A DNA stretch of 64,000 nt from an uncultured Chlamydiales bacterium (GTDB lineage Bacteria > Chlamydiota > Chlamydiia > Chlamydiales > JAAKFR01), in the NCBI GenBank assembly GCA_963699155.1, contig OY969414.1, positions 811,757 through 875,756 on the forward strand, read 5' to 3'. Position numbers and translations under genes: made by a program. The notes beneath the pieces are model-generated. The model ran no database searches. It was not told the origin of the DNA and saw only the letters and a list, made by a program, of their open reading frames with translations. Positions 58,887 through 64,000 of the stretch are shown piece by piece (position 1 is the stretch's first letter; every line of letters begins with the position of its first letter).

Positions 58887-59856
58887 CTCGCCATGTGTCT
58901 CATCAAATCGGGCCAAACAAAAGCAAGTTGAGTTTGTCTATACTCAGAAAGCTGAAATGCCAGCTGAAGCAGAGGATGGAACTGGTCCATTTCCTTTTTG
59001 GTCAGAGCTTCTAATCGTTCCAAAATGGCAAGACCAAATCGGATCCCAAGGGTTGCAAAAGCGCTTTGATGCTTGACAACTTCCTTAAAGAGGCGCTCAA
59101 AAATGCGCGGGTAGTTGGAAATTTGCTGAACCACGACTAATATGTCTAGTTCCCCACTTTCTTTCGCCCGATAGTTCACCGCATTCTGGAAACTGTCAGA
59201 GAGTGATTTCCAAAAGAGAATGGAGGGCTCTTCTCCCTCAAAAGGAGGGAATGAGAGCTCTTTTCTATAAAAGTGATGTTCCATATCGATCAAAATCTCG
59301 GAAATGCGCATCAAAAAGGGTTGAACCTGAGCAAACTCCTTCTCAGAAGCCATCTCTTGGAGGAGTTGTGAAAGAAGAACAAAGCCCCACTGATGGTCAG
59401 CAGCCACTTGGGAAGCCAGATTGACATGATACCAGTCGTGAGGGTGGGTAATTTCCGAGCCAATGGCAAGCTGAAGATCGACTTTTTTAGGGCGCTTTTT
59501 TCCGGGGAAAGGGAGGTAGACCTCCCTGGTTCCCAGCAAGGCATTTTTAAAAACGGCAGTCACTGGGGAAAGGCCGAGGGCAGGATTGAGTTTTACAGGA
59601 TTTCAACCGAGAACTCTCGTTGATTAAACAGCTCTTTTAGGTAGTTGATCGCGCCTGGGTTTTGATAACCATCGATAGTCTTGTTAATCACCTTGAAGGC
59701 AGCAGCGTGAGTGCATTTTTTTGTCTGCACTGTCTCTTCGGCCCAAGCGCGGCAGAGGCCGTAAAAGCAGTTATAAGCGTGAAATTTGGGACTTTTGGGA
59801 TTCCAGATATCTCCTGTGGGAGGTTTAGGAGCAGAGGGAATAGTGATGGCTGCCAT
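58883..59856 (-). pseudogene. HDxxH-family paralog 3 with internal deletion and frameshift near 59600
   Basis: N part (PKSPKFHAYNCFYGLCRAWAE) jumps out of frame to PVKLNP..FKNALLGTRE. Confidence 0.8.
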
Positions 59857-59867
59857 ATTTATCTTGT

Positions 59868-61334
59868 TTAAGCTTTTTTCTGTTTCATCAAATCGGGCCA
59901 AGCAAAGGCAATCTCCACTGACCTAATTTGAGGTAATGCATACACAAGCTGTTGTAAAGGATCGAGAGTTTGAATCTCTCTCTTGAATAGCAACTCTAAT
60001 TGTTCTAGAAGGGCAAGGTCAAAGCGAATGCCGAGAGTCGCAAAGAAAGTGCGATGTTTAACCACTTCATCGAGAAGACGCATAAAAATTCGGCTATGGT
60101 AGGCCACACGTTGCTGATTTTTTAACAGACCTTCCATACCACTCTCTTTATTTTCTATTGCGATAGACTCGTGCGCTTTCTGAAAGGCCTGATAGAGAGT
60201 TCTCCAGAAGAGGGTGGAGGGTTCCTGACCTTCATAGAGAGGATGGAAAAGTTCTTTGCGGTAGTACTGGTGTTCCATATCGATCAAGACCTCACGGATC
60301 CGTATCAACAAGGAATGGGCCTCAGCAAACTCTTTTTCAGAAGCCATCTCCTGGATGAATTGTGAGAGGAGAGCAAAGCCCCACTGATGCTCAGCAGGGA
60401 CTTGTGTGGCCAGATTGACATGATACCAGTCATGGGGGATGGTAAATTCGGCACCGACTACATCTGTTAGGTCGGCCTTTTTTGGAGGCTCCCTTCCTGG
60501 AAAAGAGAGGGACATTACTCTTGTCCCAAGTAACGCATTTTTAAAAATTGCAGTTAAGGAAGTAAGGCCAAGGTTAGGATCTATTTTGACAGGATAGCCA
60601 TGTTTGACTGTGAGGAAGGCTTCCATCAGACTAAATGAGGGAAGCAGGACCATGAACTCTCCATTGGGCATTGAGAAGCGGTTAAAGACATTGAATCCTT
60701 GAAACCAAGCAACCTCTGCCATCTTTCCTTTTTGAGGAAAGAGCAAAAACTGCTGCTCAAAGGGTGGCTTCTCTTTCATGATCTCAAAAAGTTTTTCAAG
60801 CTGAGAGTCGCTCAGCAAAGGCTCCTTTTTCACATTTTCATCTTGGATATGATTTTCTGGAGGGAAACCTTTCACAGGCTCCAATGTCTTTTTGATCAAT
60901 TCCACCGCTTTTGGGTTGGGCTTGCCCTCCTCAAAAAGAGGAATAGGAGTGTACTTTTCAGTTTTGCGATAGGCCAGTTCTGCGCGATAGATAAGGTAAG
61001 TTCCCACTTCCCCTAGGCTGAAATCACCCTCTCGTAGCCCCGCAAGCGCATACCAAGGGAGGTTTTGGTCCTTCCTCATTTCATCGGTGAAGACCCTCTT
61101 ATTGAAATGACTTTTTAGGGCATCTATCGGATCACGCTTGTGATAAGCATCGACAATCTTGTTGATCACCTTGTAGGCTGCAGCTTGGGTGCATTTTCTT
61201 TGTTGCACACTATCTTCTGCCCAAGCGCGGCAGAGGCCGTAAAAGCGATTATAAGCGTGAAATTTGGGACTTTTAGGGTCCCAGGTAGCGTCAGTGGGAG
61301 GATTAGGTGCAGCTGGAATAGTATCGGATGTCAT
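59868..61334 (-). CDS. HDxxH-family paralog 2, intact 488 aa, unknown function
   Basis: Colinear with both neighbours; PHDWYH and LIDMEH motifs. Confidence 0.8.
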   Translation of the reverse strand: MTSDTIPAAPNPPTDATWDPKSPKFHAYNRFYGLCRAWAEDSVQQRKCTQAAAYKVINKIVDAYHKRDPIDALKSHFNKRVFTDEMRKDQNLPWYALAGLREGDFSLGEVGTYLIYRAELAYRKTEKYTPIPLFEEGKPNPKAVELIKKTLEPVKGFPPENHIQDENVKKEPLLSDSQLEKLFEIMKEKPPFEQQFLLFPQKGKMAEVAWFQGFNVFNRFSMPNGEFMVLLPSFSLMEAFLTVKHGYPVKIDPNLGLTSLTAIFKNALLGTRVMSLSFPGREPPKKADLTDVVGAEFTIPHDWYHVNLATQVPAEHQWGFALLSQFIQEMASEKEFAEAHSLLIRIREVLIDMEHQYYRKELFHPLYEGQEPSTLFWRTLYQAFQKAHESIAIENKESGMEGLLKNQQRVAYHSRIFMRLLDEVVKHRTFFATLGIRFDLALLEQLELLFKREIQTLDPLQQLVYALPQIRSVEIAFAWPDLMKQKKA

Positions 61335-61335
61335 A

Positions 61336-62786
61336 TTAACTCGTCCTGCTTCTCATCAAGTTTGGCCAAACAAAAGGAAGTTGAGTTTGTCTCTCCTGAG
61401 GAACGGAAAGCATCAAGAGAAACAGAGGGTTCACTTTCAGCTCATCGGTGGTCAGAGCTTCTAATTTTTCTAGAAGGTCAAGATTGAAGCGGATCCCCAG
61501 TGTTGTAAAAGCACTTTGATGTTTGATCACCTCCTCAAAGAGGCGCTCATAAATTCGACTGTAGTGAACAAATTGTTGAGCAAGGTCTAATATGTCTCTC
61601 CCCCCTTTTCTACCGTGAGATAGAGCGCTGCTTTCTGGAAACAGTAAGAGAGTGATTTCCAAAAGAGAATGGAGGGTTCTTGCCCCTCAAAAGGAGGGAT
61701 TGAGAGCTCTTTTTTGTAAAGATTGTGTTCCATATCGATCAAAAGCTCGCGAATGCGCATCAAAAAGGGTTGGACTTGAGCAAACTCTTTTTCAGAAGCC
61801 ATCTCTTGGACGATTTGTGAAAGAAGCGCAAAGCCCCACTGATGGTCACGAGGAACTGATGAGGCCCAATTGACATGAGCCCAGTCGTGCGGGTGGGTAA
61901 TTTCCGCGCCAATGGCATCTTGAAGATCGACTTTTTTAGGGCGCTCTCTTCCGGGAAAAGCGAGGTAGACCTCCCTGGTTCCCAGCAAGGCATTTTTAAA
62001 AATGGCAGTCACAGAGGAGAGGCCAAGGACAGGATTCATTTTTACAGGATAGCCATGTTTGACCGTGAGAAAGGCCTCCATTAGGCCAAATGAGGGAAGA
62101 AGGATGGCGACATCCCCATTGGGGACGGGGATACGACCAAAGATGTTGAAGCCTTGAAGGTAGACAGCTTCTGCAATTGTTGCTGTGGAAGCAGGGAGAA
62201 CCAAAAACTGCTGCTCGAAAAGAGGCTTCTCCTTCATGAGGGCAAAGAGTTGTTTGATCTGAGCCTCATTTAAGAGGGGTTCTTTTTTAATGTTGGCATC
62301 TTTGACCGGATTTTCCGGAGGAAGACCTTGAACAGGTTCCAACGTCTTTTTGATCAATTCAACTGCTTTTGGATTGGGTGTGCCCTCTTGAAAAAGGGGA
62401 ACTGGAGCGTAGATATCAGCTTTGTGATAAGAAAGTTCGTCGCGAAAGGTGAGGTAAGTTACTATCTCTCCTAGGGTGAATTCTCCCATGCGCAGGCCGG
62501 CAAGCGCATACCAAGGGAGGTCTTTGTCCTCGCTCATTGGAACTGTGAACTGTCGCTTATTGAACTGCTCTTTCAGGTATTTGATCGGGCCACGGTTTTG
62601 ATAACCATCGACAATCTTGTTGATCACCTTAAAGGCCGCGGCGTGAGTGCATTTTCTTTTTTCCACCACATCTTCTGCCCAAGCGCGGCAGAGGCCGTAA
62701 AAGCAGTTATAGGCATGGAATTTGGGGCTTTTCGGGTCCCAAATAGCACCTGAGGGCGGCGGAGGAGCTTTTGGAATTGCTGACAT
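61336..62786 (-). pseudogene. HDxxH-family paralog 1, 1-nt frameshift at or near the run 61600-61605
   Basis: 399-aa ORF continues in another frame (DILDLAQQ..WPNLM), matching the paralog C-termini. Confidence 0.75.
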
Positions 62787-62787
62787 A

Positions 62788-63510
62788 TTATTTCCTCGCG
62801 ACAGGGTTTTCTGGGCCTTTGAAGGGAATTTCTACAGTGGTGGGCAATTTTTGCCCGCTAGGTCTTGCCAGATCGATCCCTAGTAGTCCCATGAAGGCCA
62901 TTGCCATCAGGCCAGTGATGATAAAGCTGATTCCCATTCCCCTCAATCCTTTCGGGATATTGGAGTATTGAAGCTTTTCGCGGATGGCGGCGATCAAAAC
63001 GATTGCAAGCCACCAGCCTGCTCCTGAGCCGAGTGAAAAGATAAAAGAGGGGAGGAAAGGGTATTCACGGGTCACCATGAAGAGCACACCGCCTAAGATG
63101 GCGCAGTTGACGGTGATGAGGGGTAAAAACATGCCTAGAGCATAGTAGAGGGTAGGCGAGACCCCTTCGATGAAAATTTCCAGGACCTGAACAAAGCCGG
63201 CAATGATCGAGATGAAGACGATCAGCTCTAAGAAGCTGAGGTCGATGGTGGCGGCGTTGAGACCTGTGAAGCTAAGCCAGGAGAGAGCTCCTTTCCCTGT
63301 GATAAAGTTGTGGACCAGCCAGTTGAGAACTCCTGAAACAGCCAAAACGATCGTCACTGCCATGCCGAGGCCATTGGCTGTGGTTAATCGATTGGAGCAG
63401 GCGAGATAGCTGCACATCCCGAGAAAGTAGGAGAGGAGGATATTTTGAATAAAAAGCGTTTGGAGGAGAAGGCCGAGAAGATTCAAAGTTGTATAGTGAC
63501 CCATCCACAT
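62788..63510 (-). CDS. nqrE: Na+-translocating NADH:quinone reductase subunit E
   Basis: FLGMCSYLACS, LPLITVNCAILG; start MWMG at 63510 with GAGG SD. Confidence 0.93.
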   Translation of the reverse strand: MWMGHYTTLNLLGLLLQTLFIQNILLSYFLGMCSYLACSNRLTTANGLGMAVTIVLAVSGVLNWLVHNFITGKGALSWLSFTGLNAATIDLSFLELIVFISIIAGFVQVLEIFIEGVSPTLYYALGMFLPLITVNCAILGGVLFMVTREYPFLPSFIFSLGSGAGWWLAIVLIAAIREKLQYSNIPKGLRGMGISFIITGLMAMAFMGLLGIDLARPSGQKLPTTVEIPFKGPENPVARK

Positions 63511-63523
63511 CGTGAGATCCTCG

Positions 63524-64000
63524 TTAGGCAGGTTTATCCGGTTTATTGATGCTATTGGCGATCCAGATGAAACAGCCAATGATAAAGAATGCGGCTGGTG
63601 CCAAGACCATCAATCCAAAATTTTGGTAGCGGTCGGGATTTGTGACAGTGGCATACCAGCTGGCTGGGATCAATTGTTTGCCGAAGAGCTGTCCAAAGCC
63701 CCCCAGCTCTCTCAACCCTGCGACGATAAAGAGGACGATGGCATAGCCAAGACCCGCCGCAAGCCCATCTAGAAGGGCAGGAAGGGGAGGAATATTCTTG
63801 GCCATGCTCTCTGTGCGGCCCATCACGATGCAGTTGGTGATGATCAACCCCACAAAGACTGAGAGGGTTTTGGCGATGTCGAAAAAATAGGCTCTCAAAA
63901 TTTGGTCCACCACGATTACGAGGGTAGAGATGATGGCCAGTTGAGCAATCATGCGGACACTGTCTGGGGTCGCTTTGCGCAGGAGCGAGACGAAAAAGGA
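63524..64000 (-). CDS. nqrD: Na+-translocating NADH:quinone reductase subunit D (3' part)
   Basis: [24 protein letters not shown]. Confidence 0.93.
   Translation of the reverse strand, partial: SFFVSLLRKATPDSVRMIAQLAIISTLVIVVDQILRAYFFDIAKTLSVFVGLIITNCIVMGRTESMAKNIPPLPALLDGLAAGLGYAIVLFIVAGLRELGGFGQLFGKQLIPASWYATVTNPDRYQNFGLMVLAPAAFFIIGCFIWIANSINKPDKPA

Noticed and set aside
43438..62786. Diversity-generating retroelement behind the paralog variation
   Set aside because: No reverse transcriptase in the window and the differences are not adenine-specific
1..64000. tRNA, rRNA or a dif site
   Set aside because: No cloverleaf, rRNA-like stretch or XerC/XerD box pair recognised by eye; a covariance-model scan would be needed to exclude small RNAs

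Overview
Chromosomal segment of an environmental chlamydia (phylum Chlamydiota). The core gene order xerC-rnz-lon-tsaB-rpsU-dnaJ-fused 2-oxoacid dehydrogenase E1-comEC-ptsH/ptsI-ybaB-dnaX and pgm-rnc-radA-hemC-sod-accD-dut-ptsN-mnmA-clpC-lplA-PLD-gcvH-nqrE/D is typical of chlamydiae. About a dozen small accessory islands interrupt it. They hold three toxin-antitoxin modules (AbiE with the toxin broken by a 22-bp duplication, HicAB, and HigBA flanked by a duplicated mnmA 3' end) and a defective IS481-family element with a 15-bp target duplication. They also hold at least nine Inc-like or effector-like membrane proteins, two secreted beta-propeller proteins sharing a 74%-identical C-terminal domain, and a three-copy array of an unknown HDxxH protein family. 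Several long palindromic elements are present (a 104-bp family and two different ~169-bp hairpins). Two window-wide patterns stand out: + strand GC skew flips from C-rich to G-rich across nearly every island, and many genes have a -10 hexamer 6-9 nt before the start codon with no Shine-Dalgarno sequence. I saw no rRNA, tRNA or CRISPR array. All family assignments come from motif recognition by eye; no searches were run.
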